From positions 14,133-78,132 of the forward strand of contig JAUSOJ010000220.1 in assembly GCA_030656195.1 (NCBI GenBank): DNA of 64,000 bases. The letters run 5' to 3'. This DNA is from Lutibacter sp. Lineage in GTDB: Bacteria > Bacteroidota > Bacteroidia > Flavobacteriales > Flavobacteriaceae. Position numbers and translations under genes: made by a program. Positions 18,815-28,234 of this stretch are shown here, one piece after another; position 1 is the stretch's first letter; each line of letters opens with the position of its first letter. Under the pieces are notes generated by a model. The model saw only the letters and a program-made list of their open reading frames with translations. It was not told where the DNA came from and ran no database searches.

Positions 18815-18945
18815 TGCGTTAGGGATTGCAGCGGAAAGCCCGCAGTCACGCTTTTGGGCGTGCGAGGACTTGCAGCGAAAAGCCCGACCCGCCAGCTGGC
18901 GGGCCTGCCCGCCAGCTGGCGGGGAACGCCAACCAAAAAGGCGGA
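18815..18945. repeat. GC-rich composite repeat island with two tandem CCCGCCAGCTGGCGGG palindromes
   Basis: Direct repeats ttgcagcggaaagcccg and ttgcagcgaaaagcccg. 16-nt perfect palindromes at 18888-18903 and 18908-18923. The GC content contrasts sharply with the AT-rich flanks. Confidence 0.8.
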
Positions 18946-18987
18946 CAGGAACAAAATATAAATAAATTAAATTTTATACTCAAACTT

Positions 18988-19782
18988 ATGAATTTTGACC
19001 ATAAAATAATTTGGATTACGGGAGCATCATCGGGCATTGGAAAATCGTTGGCGCTGGCGCTTTCAAAACAACAAACTAAATTAATTCTCTCTTCCCGAAA
19101 TGAAAAGGAACTGAATGCCGTGAAAAACAGCTGTGAAAATCCAGAAAATATCAAGATTTTACCACTCGATTTGGAAAATTACAAGAGTTTATCAGGCAAA
19201 GTTGACGAAGCTTTGGCGCTATTTGGCGGTGTTGATGTGCTTTTTAACAATGGCGGCATTAGCCAGCGGTCTTTTGCAAAGGAAACTTCAATTGAAGTGG
19301 ATGAACGAATTATGGACATCAATTATTTGGGAACAGTGGCGCTTTCAAAAGCTTTATTGCCTCATTTTATCGAAAAAAACAGTGGCTATTTTGTGGTAAT
19401 CACAAGCATTGTGGGGAAAATTGGCACGCCTTTGCGGTCGTCTTATGCCGCTTCAAAACACGCGTTGCATGGATTTTTCGACAGTTTACGCGCCGAAGTT
19501 TATCAAAACAATATTAAAATTACGCTTGCTTGTCCGGGATTTGTGCAAACCAATGTTTCCTTAAATGCATTGACGGCCGATGGAACGCCTCAAAATAAAA
19601 TGGACAGCGCCACTAAAAACGGATTAACGCCCGAAGTATTTGTACAAAATTTGCTGAAAGCGGTTCGCCAAGAAAAACAGGAAGTTTATATTGGCGGATT
19701 TAAAGAAAAATTGGCAGTTTACGTAAAGCGCTTTTTTCCTAAACTGCTTTCAAAAATGATACGCAAATTGGCGGTCACCTAA
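18988..19782 (+). CDS. Short-chain dehydrogenase/reductase (SDR)
   Basis: TGASSGIGKS cofactor motif, NNGG, and catalytic YAASKHAL (YxxxK). Start moved to MNFDHKIIWITG; the ORF-track N-terminus is read through the GC-rich repeat. Confidence 0.88.
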   Translation: MNFDHKIIWITGASSGIGKSLALALSKQQTKLILSSRNEKELNAVKNSCENPENIKILPLDLENYKSLSGKVDEALALFGGVDVLFNNGGISQRSFAKETSIEVDERIMDINYLGTVALSKALLPHFIEKNSGYFVVITSIVGKIGTPLRSSYAASKHALHGFFDSLRAEVYQNNIKITLACPGFVQTNVSLNALTADGTPQNKMDSATKNGLTPEVFVQNLLKAVRQEKQEVYIGGFKEKLAVYVKRFFPKLLSKMIRKLAVT

Positions 19783-20132
19783 ATAAGTTCATTTTTTTTA
19801 AAATACAACACAATAGCCTCTTTCATCAACACGGTTTGTTCTCCCGATTTTAATGGCGGCAATTCTTCCAACACTTTGTAATGCGGCCAGCCATCATTGT
19901 CGAAAAAGTCAAATTCATAATAGCCAAAAGGCTCCAGCAATCGGCAAATTGCAATGTGCATTAAATTGAGTTTATCGTCTTTTTTAAATTCTTTGGCGCC
20001 TTGTCCCAGTTCCTGAACCCCAATTAAATATATAATGGCATCTAAATTTAGGACTTCCCCATCGCCAAAATTTTCTGTTAATATTTTGAGAACTTGTTCC
20101 CATTCTTCCTTTAAATTTTTATCTCGTGACAT
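19779..20132 (-). CDS. Conserved hypothetical protein (117 aa)
   Basis: Clean ORF with a -7 box 22 nt upstream. No motif recognised. Its stop overlaps the convergent SDR stop. Confidence 0.6.
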   Translation of the reverse strand: MSRDKNLKEEWEQVLKILTENFGDGEVLNLDAIIYLIGVQELGQGAKEFKKDDKLNLMHIAICRLLEPFGYYEFDFFDNDGWPHYKVLEELPPLKSGEQTVLMKEAIVLYFKKNELI

Positions 20133-20153
20133 TTTGATTCTTTAGTTAGATGG

Positions 20154-20161
20154 CAAATATA
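20154..20161 (-). promoter_or_regulatory. -7 box TATATTTG
   Basis: The plus strand reads CAAATATA, 22 nt upstream of the ATG at 20132. Confidence 0.4.
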
Positions 20162-20196
20162 CAAATCGATTCATGTATATTTACAAAAATCATGAG

Positions 20197-20712
20197 ATGA
20201 ATATATTTGACATTATCATCACCGGACTTTTGTTATTTGGTTTTGTAAGAGGTTTGTTTAAAGGCTTATTTCTTGAAGTTGCCTCGTTTATTGCACTTGT
20301 TGCAGGGATTTACGGCGCCATTCATTTCTCTTATTTCATAAAGGATTTATTGATTACCAAAGTTTCCTGGGAAGAAAAATACATCACGCTGGCTGCATTC
20401 GCCATCACTTTTTTGGTGATTGTGATTGTGGTTACTTTAATTGGTAAATTATTTACAAAAATTGCTGATTTTGCCAGTTTGGGCATTTTAAACAAACTGC
20501 TTGGTGGTGTATTCGGCGCTTTAAAAATTGGGTTTGGACTAAGCGTTATTTTATTGATTTTCAGTAAATTGAACAATAAAATTCCATTTATATCTGTTGA
20601 ACAACAAGAAAGCGCGATTTTGTATGAACCCATCAAAAATTTGGCGCCAAACATTTTTCCTGATTATGTAAAAGTTGAAGAGGATGAAAATGAAAAAAGC
20701 TTTTTAAACTAA
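20197..20712 (+). CDS. cvpA: CvpA-family membrane protein
   Basis: Starts MNIFDIIITGLLLFGFVRG and has four TM segments, typical of the colicin V production protein family. Confidence 0.75.
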   Translation: MNIFDIIITGLLLFGFVRGLFKGLFLEVASFIALVAGIYGAIHFSYFIKDLLITKVSWEEKYITLAAFAITFLVIVIVVTLIGKLFTKIADFASLGILNKLLGGVFGALKIGFGLSVILLIFSKLNNKIPFISVEQQESAILYEPIKNLAPNIFPDYVKVEEDENEKSFLN

Positions 20713-20765
20713 TTTAATATCAGGTATTTAAAATTTATCGTCAACTATTCAAATGCATCACAATA

Positions 20766-21893
20766 ATGATCTATAAAAATCGGTTTTATTTTTTCCTTTC
20801 ATTTTTTCTTTTACTGATTGTGGGTTGCACTGCAGAAAAACAGCATTCATTTTCAATTACTGGAAGTGTATCAAATTTAAAAGAAAACTTCGTTTTACTA
20901 TCCGTTATTGATGATCTTCAAAATAACACATCAACCGTAATTGACACTCTAAAAGTGAATGAACTTGGCGAATTTAAAGCAGATTATTTTTTAGAACCCA
21001 ACATTTACAGCCTCACTTTTGACGGAACAAAAACAATGAATTTGGCTATTGACAAAGGGCAAGATATTTTTGTAAAAGGAACTTCATTGGATCAATTAAC
21101 AATCACCGGCTCAGTTGATACCGATTTATTAAATGCCTATGAAACCATCAGAAAAGAATCTTTAGACCGATTGGTAAATTCTGTAAGAAATGAAATTAAA
21201 ACATTACAAAGCGACAACGCAAACGAGGATAAAATTGCCGAATTAAGGGAGCTTGAAGTTGAAAACTACGATAAGCATTTACATGAATTAATGACTTTTG
21301 TAAAGGATAAAATGGGAAATTCCCTGGCTGTTTATCCAACATCCATTCGCTGGATTGGTGGTGAATACTTACCATTTTTACAAGAATTGGTTGGGGATTT
21401 TGAGAAAAAATATCCGGCTTCAAAAATTACTGAAAATTTGAAAAGCAAAATTCAGTTGTTAGAGAAAACAAGTGTTGGCGGTGTAATTTCAGGAATTGAA
21501 ATGCCAGACAGCAACAATGAAACAATTAGCCTTAACAGCATTCAAAAAAAATACACGTTAATCGATTTTTGGGCAAGCTGGTGTCCGCCATGCAGAACGG
21601 AAAGCAAATTGTTGAACAATTTATACAGCGCGTACAATGCCAAGGGTTTTGAGATCTATGGAATTTCTTTAGATTCTAAACGTGAAAGTTGGTTAAACGC
21701 CATTGAAAAAGACAAAAGAATATGGGCGAATGTTTCAACGCTTGATGGTTTTAAAACGCCAGTTTCTCTCGAATATGGAATTACTTCTTTGCCTACCAAT
21801 TTTTTAATAGACAGTTCGGGGAAAATTGTTGCCGTAAATATTCACGGACGAGCATTGAAGGAAAAAATTGACGCTTTGTTTCTTAAAAACTAA
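20766..21893 (+). CDS. TlpA-family thiol:disulfide oxidoreductase lipoprotein
   Basis: Lipobox LLIVGC. C-terminal thioredoxin domain with WASWCPPC. An N-terminal extra domain of about 230 aa. Confidence 0.8.
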   Translation: MIYKNRFYFFLSFFLLLIVGCTAEKQHSFSITGSVSNLKENFVLLSVIDDLQNNTSTVIDTLKVNELGEFKADYFLEPNIYSLTFDGTKTMNLAIDKGQDIFVKGTSLDQLTITGSVDTDLLNAYETIRKESLDRLVNSVRNEIKTLQSDNANEDKIAELRELEVENYDKHLHELMTFVKDKMGNSLAVYPTSIRWIGGEYLPFLQELVGDFEKKYPASKITENLKSKIQLLEKTSVGGVISGIEMPDSNNETISLNSIQKKYTLIDFWASWCPPCRTESKLLNNLYSAYNAKGFEIYGISLDSKRESWLNAIEKDKRIWANVSTLDGFKTPVSLEYGITSLPTNFLIDSSGKIVAVNIHGRALKEKIDALFLKN

Positions 21894-21895
21894 GC

Positions 21896-22651
21896 TTAAA
21901 TCTCTTTGATATCTGCCATATTTACCCAACCAATTTTACCGTCGGCAAGTTTAATTTTTTTCCAGTTGGAAAGTTCATCCAAAATAGTCACTTTGGTTCC
22001 TTCATGAAGTTCAAAAACGGTTTCACCATCTAATGACGGCGCATTTTTTATCTCACTTTTTGGCGAAAAAATGATGGCACTTCTGCTTTTTTGAATGGTT
22101 TCGTAGTTGCTGTAGGCAAAAATTACCGTGACTGCCATTACAAAAACAGCAAAAATTGTGATGTTAAAATACAATATTTTTCTTTTTGGAGAAGAAGAGA
22201 AATAATATAACAAAAATAGCAAAGCCGCTAAAAACGAAGCGGTTACCGCTAAAATTGCCCAAGTGTTATACGTTAATTTCTGAATTACATTTGATGAAAA
22301 CCGCTGTAAAAATGTTTTTGGCAAATCTTCAATAACATCAATGGTCATGCGCTTTGCAAAGACCAGATTATTTGAAGCATCGTGGTTCATTGGATTTATT
22401 TTTAACGCTTTCTCATAGTAATAAACGGAAGGCGCCACTTTGTTCAATTTGTAATAACTGTTGCCCAAGTTAAAAAACAAATCATCCGATTCCAGTCCGT
22501 TTTTTTCAATGTTTAAATACAATTCAATCGCTTTGGAATATTGTCCGTTTTTGTACAAATCATTTGCCTCTGAAAACAATTCATTTGAAGTTTGCGCAAA
22601 AGAAATGTACCCAAAAAATAACACCATTGTAAAAATAAATCTCCTTTTCAT
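21896..22651 (-). CDS. batE: BatE-like TPR/SH3 domain protein
   Basis: N-terminal TPR repeats (AIELYLNIEK, NLGNSYYKLNK), TM segments and a C-terminal SH3b-like domain (WKKIKLADGKIGWV). Last gene of the Bat operon. Start set at MKRRFIF. Confidence 0.7.
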   Translation of the reverse strand: MKRRFIFTMVLFFGYISFAQTSNELFSEANDLYKNGQYSKAIELYLNIEKNGLESDDLFFNLGNSYYKLNKVAPSVYYYEKALKINPMNHDASNNLVFAKRMTIDVIEDLPKTFLQRFSSNVIQKLTYNTWAILAVTASFLAALLFLLYYFSSSPKRKILYFNITIFAVFVMAVTVIFAYSNYETIQKSRSAIIFSPKSEIKNAPSLDGETVFELHEGTKVTILDELSNWKKIKLADGKIGWVNMADIKEI

Positions 22652-22652
22652 A

Positions 22653-24419
22653 TTACAACTGTTTATCAATTTCAGTTAATATTTCTACGGTTTTTTCATA
22701 CTCATTCTTCATCATAACATCCGTTGTTGGCGTGTAACGCGCAAAATCACAATCGTTTAAAACGGTTATGAATTCTTTAATTGTGTTGGCGTCAACCCCT
22801 TTATTTTGCAATAATTCTGCAATTTTTTCTTTGGAAATTTCAGAAGTTTCAATCTGAAGTTTTGCTTTTAAAAAGTTATGAAGCGCTTTTTCCAAGGCAA
22901 TATAAAAAGCTTCTTTTTTGCCCAATTGTTTTTTGGCTTCCGACAAATATTTACGTGCCAATCTGTTGGCATTTCTAATTTTATTTCCAAAAATATCTCC
23001 TGCACGTTTTGCGCGTTTTTTTCCGATAATTATTCCAATTGGAATCGCTAAAAACGGCAGCAGCAGCAATAAATAAAATTCGGTTGAATGCAGAAAATCA
23101 TTTTTTATAATGGGCTTAAGCTTGGTTTCCAAAGCAATAAACCGGAAATTATTTCCATTTGAAACTACATTTTTTTTGAAAGTTCCGGCAGAGTCATTAT
23201 TGACAAAAGGAAGGTCTTTGCCTTCGGTAACTTCCACAAAAACAGCCTCGGCCAAGATGGTGTAATATTTTTCTTCTTTCGGATTGAAATAGGAAAATGA
23301 GACTTCCGGAATTTTATATTTTCCCTTAAACTGGGGCACCACCGTGTAAGCATCAGAAACAGATCCTCGCAAACCGCTTAACGAAGTGGTCACCTCTTCC
23401 TTGTGTTCTGGCGTGTAAGCTTCCAATTCGGCTGGCGTAACTATTTTAGGGATTTCAAATAATTTTAAATTACCGCTACCTTTTACTTCAACTTTAATTT
23501 GGGCTGCATCATTTGCTTTTAATACATTTTTATCGGCTGACACAGTGAACTGAAATTCACCTACCGCTCCTGAAAAACCTTCGGGCTTTCCTGCTTCAGG
23601 CAATGCTTTCACCCTCACTTTTCTAACATCCGATGCTGTTGAATAACTAATATTTCTGGTAATCATATTTCCAAAAAAATCGCCTCTTCCGGTTGGAATT
23701 CCAACTGAAAAGTCCATTTTCATAGGTTCAATAATTAATTCTCCAGAGCGTTGCGGAATTAGCACGGCTCTTTTAAGGACTAAAAACCGATAATCCTCGC
23801 CATTGTATTTTCCGTTTTGGACATTGATATCGGTCACTTCAATATCCTGATTCCAAAATCCATTGTATTGCGGAGAATCACTCACGCGCCAATCGTTTAC
23901 GCTGATGTTTTGACTTACATATAATTTATAAACCACATAAATTCCTTCACCAACATACGGATTTAAATTAGACACTTCCGCAACCAAATGGATATTTTGC
24001 TGTGCAATATACTCGGGATTGTTCGGGTCTTTTGGGATTTCTATGGATTTTGAAACCAATATTTTTACCAAATTTGATTTTACAATTTCATTGTTATATT
24101 CTATCGTGGCCGCATCAATAATAAATTCACCCTCTTTTTTTGGTTCGATAATATAAATGTATGTTTGAGAATAGCTTGCTTTTCCGTTAATCCAGGATTG
24201 GCTTACGGATGAACTTGGACCACCCACCACTTTAAAATCGGCAAATGAAGGCGGTTTAAAATTGTCGGCACCTTGCTTGTCTACAGAAAATTCAATTCTA
24301 AAGCGTTCATTTAAACCCAAATTGGTTTTACTCACAGAAGTTTTAAACTCCACCTGAGCCAAAAGCACTTGTGAAGCAAACGCTAAAATTGTAAATATGT
24401 AAAACTTTGCACTCTTCAT
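22653..24419 (-). CDS. batD: BatD-like oxygen-tolerance protein
   Basis: Signal peptide, a large extracytoplasmic Ig-like region, a TM segment near aa 470, and a cytoplasmic helical tail. The position between batC and batE fits. Start set at MKSAKFYIF. Confidence 0.7.
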   Translation of the reverse strand: MKSAKFYIFTILAFASQVLLAQVEFKTSVSKTNLGLNERFRIEFSVDKQGADNFKPPSFADFKVVGGPSSSVSQSWINGKASYSQTYIYIIEPKKEGEFIIDAATIEYNNEIVKSNLVKILVSKSIEIPKDPNNPEYIAQQNIHLVAEVSNLNPYVGEGIYVVYKLYVSQNISVNDWRVSDSPQYNGFWNQDIEVTDINVQNGKYNGEDYRFLVLKRAVLIPQRSGELIIEPMKMDFSVGIPTGRGDFFGNMITRNISYSTASDVRKVRVKALPEAGKPEGFSGAVGEFQFTVSADKNVLKANDAAQIKVEVKGSGNLKLFEIPKIVTPAELEAYTPEHKEEVTTSLSGLRGSVSDAYTVVPQFKGKYKIPEVSFSYFNPKEEKYYTILAEAVFVEVTEGKDLPFVNNDSAGTFKKNVVSNGNNFRFIALETKLKPIIKNDFLHSTEFYLLLLLPFLAIPIGIIIGKKRAKRAGDIFGNKIRNANRLARKYLSEAKKQLGKKEAFYIALEKALHNFLKAKLQIETSEISKEKIAELLQNKGVDANTIKEFITVLNDCDFARYTPTTDVMMKNEYEKTVEILTEIDKQL

Positions 24420-24423
24420 TTTT

Positions 24424-25209
24424 TTACCAGTCCTTTTCTTGTTTAATTTTTTGGCCTCTTGCTTTTTGGGCATTCAATTTCTTTTGCGTTTTGTTTTCTT
24501 CATTGTTCATCGCCTCCAGCAATTGCTTCATTTGTTCAGGCGACAACTGATTTGGTCTTGGTTTCTGATTTTGCGGATCGTCTTTGTCTTTTTTAGGATC
24601 GCCTTTGTCATCTTCTTTGTCTTTTCCCTTGTCTTTATCTTTGTCTTTTTCGTCCTTTTTATCTTTATCGTCGCCTTCCTTATCTTTTTGATCTTTATTT
24701 TTATCGTCTTTATTATCGTCCTTTTTATCTTTATTGTCCTTATTGTCTTTGTCTTGCTGATTTTTCAATAATTCCTGGGCCATTGCCAAATTATAGCGCG
24801 TTTCTTCATCTTTGGAATTATTGCGCATCGAATTTTTATAGGCAGCCACAGCTTTATCATATTGTTTTTCTTTCATAAAGGAATTTCCCATATTGTGAAA
24901 AATTTCGGCTTTGCTCATTTTATTCGGCGCTATTTTTTCAGCCAAATCATATTGAAAAACCGCTTCTTTATTTTGGTTTTTCTGGTAAATGGTATTTGCC
25001 AGATTATAGGACGCTTTTGCGTAATTCGGATTTTTATCCAACGCTTTTTTATAGGCAATTTCAGCTTCTTCAAATTTTAGCTGATTGTATAATTCGTTAC
25101 CTTCTCTCACGTCTTTTCTTGCTTCTCGCTCCAGATCTTTTAGATCTTTTTGCTGAGAAAACATTAAAGATGTAATGCTTAAAAACAGGATGAAAATGCT
25201 ATTTCTCAT
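24424..25209 (-). CDS. batC: BatC-like TPR protein with a Lys/Asp low-complexity tail
   Basis: Signal peptide and three TPR-like repeats, followed by about 70 aa of KDKD-type mixed-charge sequence. Confidence 0.7.
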   Translation of the reverse strand: MRNSIFILFLSITSLMFSQQKDLKDLEREARKDVREGNELYNQLKFEEAEIAYKKALDKNPNYAKASYNLANTIYQKNQNKEAVFQYDLAEKIAPNKMSKAEIFHNMGNSFMKEKQYDKAVAAYKNSMRNNSKDEETRYNLAMAQELLKNQQDKDNKDNKDKKDDNKDDKNKDQKDKEGDDKDKKDEKDKDKDKGKDKEDDKGDPKKDKDDPQNQKPRPNQLSPEQMKQLLEAMNNEENKTQKKLNAQKARGQKIKQEKDW

Positions 25210-26233
25210 TGAATAAATTTAATTTTTGAACCCATTTTGTTTTCTTTTCCAGCAATGTTACGTCAATAATTAACAACAACAAGCCGATGCCCACAAACCA
25301 CTGAAACTGATCTTCATAATCTGAAAATTGCTTGGTTTCAAATTCGTTTTTTTCGGCTTTTTCCAAAACCTCTTTAATAGTGGCAATGGTTTCTTGTGTT
25401 TTATTTCCGTTGATGTATTTTCCGTTTCCTACGTTGGCAATATCTCTTAAAATTTGTTCGTTTAGTTGGGTGACTACCACCGTTCCTTCATTGTTTTTTT
25501 TATAGGCAACAACCCTTCCGTTATCTTTTAGCGGAATTGGACCTCCTTTTGCGGTTCCAATGCCGACAGTGTATATTTTTATGCCTTTTTTGGCAGCTTC
25601 TTTGGCCAAGTCTAACGTGTTTTCCTGATGATCTTCGCCATCGGAAACAATCACTAAAAACCGATTGGTTTGCTCGTCATTGTCATAATAGGAAAGCGCT
25701 CGTTCAATGGCATCATTTATGGCCGTTCCCTGATTGGAAACCATCTCTGTATTTGCATTTTGAAGAAACATTTTTGCCGCAGCATAATCTGTGGTAATCG
25801 GAAGCAGCGGGTACGAACTTCCTGCATAAATAATAATACCTATTCGGTCGCTCCCCAAGTTTTCTATCACTTTCGTGATAATTTGCTTGGCTTTTTCAAG
25901 TCTATTTGGTGCAATATCTTCTGCCAACATACTTTTTGATACATCCAAGGCAAAAACAATGTCAACACCCTGGCGTTTTACCGTTTCCAGTTTGGTTCCC
26001 ATTTTTGGGTTTGCCAATGAAATAATCAGAAAAAACAAGGCAAAACAAAATACAATTAACTTTAAAAACGATTTAAACGTTGATTTTTCCGGACTTAATT
26101 TTTGAATTAATTTAGGATCCGCAAATCGTTTTTGAATGCGTTTTTTCCACCAAAGCACCAATAGAAACAACACAACTATTGCCGGAATAATTGCCAAATA
26201 ATAAAAATATGTCGGTTCTTCTATTTGATACAT
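25199..26233 (-). CDS. batB: BatB-like von Willebrand factor A domain membrane protein
   Basis: Two N-terminal TM segments and a VWA domain with MIDAS motif (DVSKSM). Confidence 0.8.
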   Translation of the reverse strand: MYQIEEPTYFYYLAIIPAIVVLFLLVLWWKKRIQKRFADPKLIQKLSPEKSTFKSFLKLIVFCFALFFLIISLANPKMGTKLETVKRQGVDIVFALDVSKSMLAEDIAPNRLEKAKQIITKVIENLGSDRIGIIIYAGSSYPLLPITTDYAAAKMFLQNANTEMVSNQGTAINDAIERALSYYDNDEQTNRFLVIVSDGEDHQENTLDLAKEAAKKGIKIYTVGIGTAKGGPIPLKDNGRVVAYKKNNEGTVVVTQLNEQILRDIANVGNGKYINGNKTQETIATIKEVLEKAEKNEFETKQFSDYEDQFQWFVGIGLLLLIIDVTLLEKKTKWVQKLNLFNEK

Positions 26234-26314
26234 TTCTTTTTGATATTTAATCTTTTAACTGATGAATTTGTATTTGTTATGGTCTGTTTTTAAACGCCTA
26301 AACAACTCAACAAT

Positions 26315-27322
26315 CTATATAAAACTTCTAAAAACGGTATTCTTCAAGGCAAATTCCATCAACAAAAGAAAACCTGCCAATAAAACCAGAAATCGATATT
26401 TTTCCTGATAATTGTAATACTTAAATTCTTCCACTTCGGTTCTTTCTAATTTATTAATTTCGTTGTAAATGGCTTTTAACTTTAAATTGTCTGTTGCCCT
26501 AAAATAAATTCCGCCTGTTTGCTGAGCGATGTATTGCAATAATTTCTCGTCAATTTCAACCAAAGAATTTTTAAACAATATTTCTCCTGATGTTGGGTCT
26601 TTTGCATAAGGAAACGGCGCTGTTCCGTTAGTTCCAATTCCTATGGTGTAGACTTTTATTCCTTCACCAACCGCCAATTCAGTGGCTGTTTTAGGATCAA
26701 CAAATCCGGTATTGTTAACACCATCCGTCAATAAAATAATCACTTTGCTTTTGGCTTTGCTTTCTTTTAATCGGTTAACTGCCGAGCCCAATCCCATTCC
26801 AATGGCTGTTCCGCCGTCGAGTTCTCCCCATTTAAGCTCGGAAAGCGTGCTCATTACTATTCTTTTATCGCTGGTAATTGGCATTTGTGTATAGCTTTCG
26901 CCTGCATAAACAACAATTCCTATTCTGTCATTCGGACGCTGATTTACAAATTCGGCCGCTACCACTTTTAAGGCTTCCAGCCGGTTTGGTTTTAAATCGC
27001 GCGCCAGCATACTTGCCGAAACGTCAATGGCCATCACAATATCAATTCCTTTGTTTGTTTTGGTATTTTGGCTCATTTGAACTGTTCTTGGGCGCGCCAA
27101 AGCAACAATTAATGAGGCAATTGCCAGCAATCTCAAAACATAAAGCAACGGTTTCAATTTCGACCAAATTGAAGGTTTTGCTTCAAATCCTTTTGTGCTC
27201 GAAATGGTCAATGCTGCACTGTCGTCTTTTCGTATTAAAAAATACCAAATAGCCAGCAATGGTATCAGCACCAATAACCATAAAAACTGCGGATGTAAAA
27301 ACTCAAAATTATTCCACTTCAT
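26315..27322 (-). CDS. batA: BatA-like von Willebrand factor A domain membrane protein
   Basis: N-terminal TM segments, a VWA MIDAS motif (DVSASM) and a C-terminal TM segment. Confidence 0.8.
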   Translation of the reverse strand: MKWNNFEFLHPQFLWLLVLIPLLAIWYFLIRKDDSAALTISSTKGFEAKPSIWSKLKPLLYVLRLLAIASLIVALARPRTVQMSQNTKTNKGIDIVMAIDVSASMLARDLKPNRLEALKVVAAEFVNQRPNDRIGIVVYAGESYTQMPITSDKRIVMSTLSELKWGELDGGTAIGMGLGSAVNRLKESKAKSKVIILLTDGVNNTGFVDPKTATELAVGEGIKVYTIGIGTNGTAPFPYAKDPTSGEILFKNSLVEIDEKLLQYIAQQTGGIYFRATDNLKLKAIYNEINKLERTEVEEFKYYNYQEKYRFLVLLAGFLLLMEFALKNTVFRSFI

Positions 27323-28220
27323 TTTTTGTTTCTTTTGCAGGTTTTAAATTTTGTAAAATACGTTCAGACAAATTTCTGTGCGCTTTTATTTCTTCAACAA
27401 TTGGTTTTGATTTTGCGAATTTCACCATATCGGCGCTTTCCAACACCTCTTTTAATTGTTGAATTGTTTCCTTTGAAATTCCTAATTTGCTCGACTCATT
27501 AAAATCGTTGATGGTGTCAATCAATTCGTTGGTGGTCGATTCCAACGCGGGAATATAAATGTCTTTTTCAATATAGGTTCTTACAATATCCGTAAGTTCC
27601 GTGTAATATGTTTTTATTTTGTTTTGCTGAAGCAGTTGCTTTTCGTCCAATTCTTTAAGACGTTGCAGCGCTTCCTGAATTGGAGCAATCACCACAATTA
27701 CTTCTTCTTTTTTCTCTTTCTTTCTGAAAATGAAATACAACGCTGTGGCAATAATCGCTAAAATCAGCAAAATCCACCAAAGCATCGGTTTGTAATCGTC
27801 AAATGTTTTTGGCTCGCTTTTAATGGCTTTTATGGGAAACATTTGCTGCTTTAAGGTATCCACTTTAACCGTGGCAACGCTCACCAGCAATGAATCGGTG
27901 AAAAATATTTTGTTGTTAATAAGCACCTGTTGTTTTGGTATGGTATAACGCCCGCTGTCAAAACTTGTAAGCACATATTTTTTTTCGTAGGTGTCTTTTA
28001 AAGTATCCACCGCAAAAGATTCCACCACCTCAACTTTTCCCAAACTGTCTGACTGAAATTTCGGAAAAACAACTTTGCCGGTCTTATTTACCGATATTTT
28101 ATATTGAATATGCTCGCCAATTCTAATGGCGGCGGTATCTATAGTAATTTTCACAGGATTTTCCTGTGCAAAACCTATAAAACCAATTAAAAATAATATA
28201 TAAACTATCCGTTTTTTCAT
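27309..28220 (-). CDS. Bat-operon membrane protein (signal peptide, Ig-like N-domain, TM, helical C-domain; DUF4381-like position)
   Basis: Sits between the DUF58 and batA genes with overlapping ends. One internal TM segment (LWWILLILAIIATALYFIF). Confidence 0.65.
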   Translation of the reverse strand: MKKRIVYILFLIGFIGFAQENPVKITIDTAAIRIGEHIQYKISVNKTGKVVFPKFQSDSLGKVEVVESFAVDTLKDTYEKKYVLTSFDSGRYTIPKQQVLINNKIFFTDSLLVSVATVKVDTLKQQMFPIKAIKSEPKTFDDYKPMLWWILLILAIIATALYFIFRKKEKKEEVIVVIAPIQEALQRLKELDEKQLLQQNKIKTYYTELTDIVRTYIEKDIYIPALESTTNELIDTINDFNESSKLGISKETIQQLKEVLESADMVKFAKSKPIVEEIKAHRNLSERILQNLKPAKETKNEVE

Positions 28221-28234
28221 TTAGTGTTCATTTG

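Noticed and set aside
18689-19154. Three overlapping ORFs (90, 74 and 102 aa) and a 54-codon N-terminal extension of the SDR ORF
   Set aside because: They are read through the GC-rich palindromic repeat island, giving Pro/Ala/Gly/Arg-rich translations. The SDR Rossmann motif begins right after the internal ATG at 18988.
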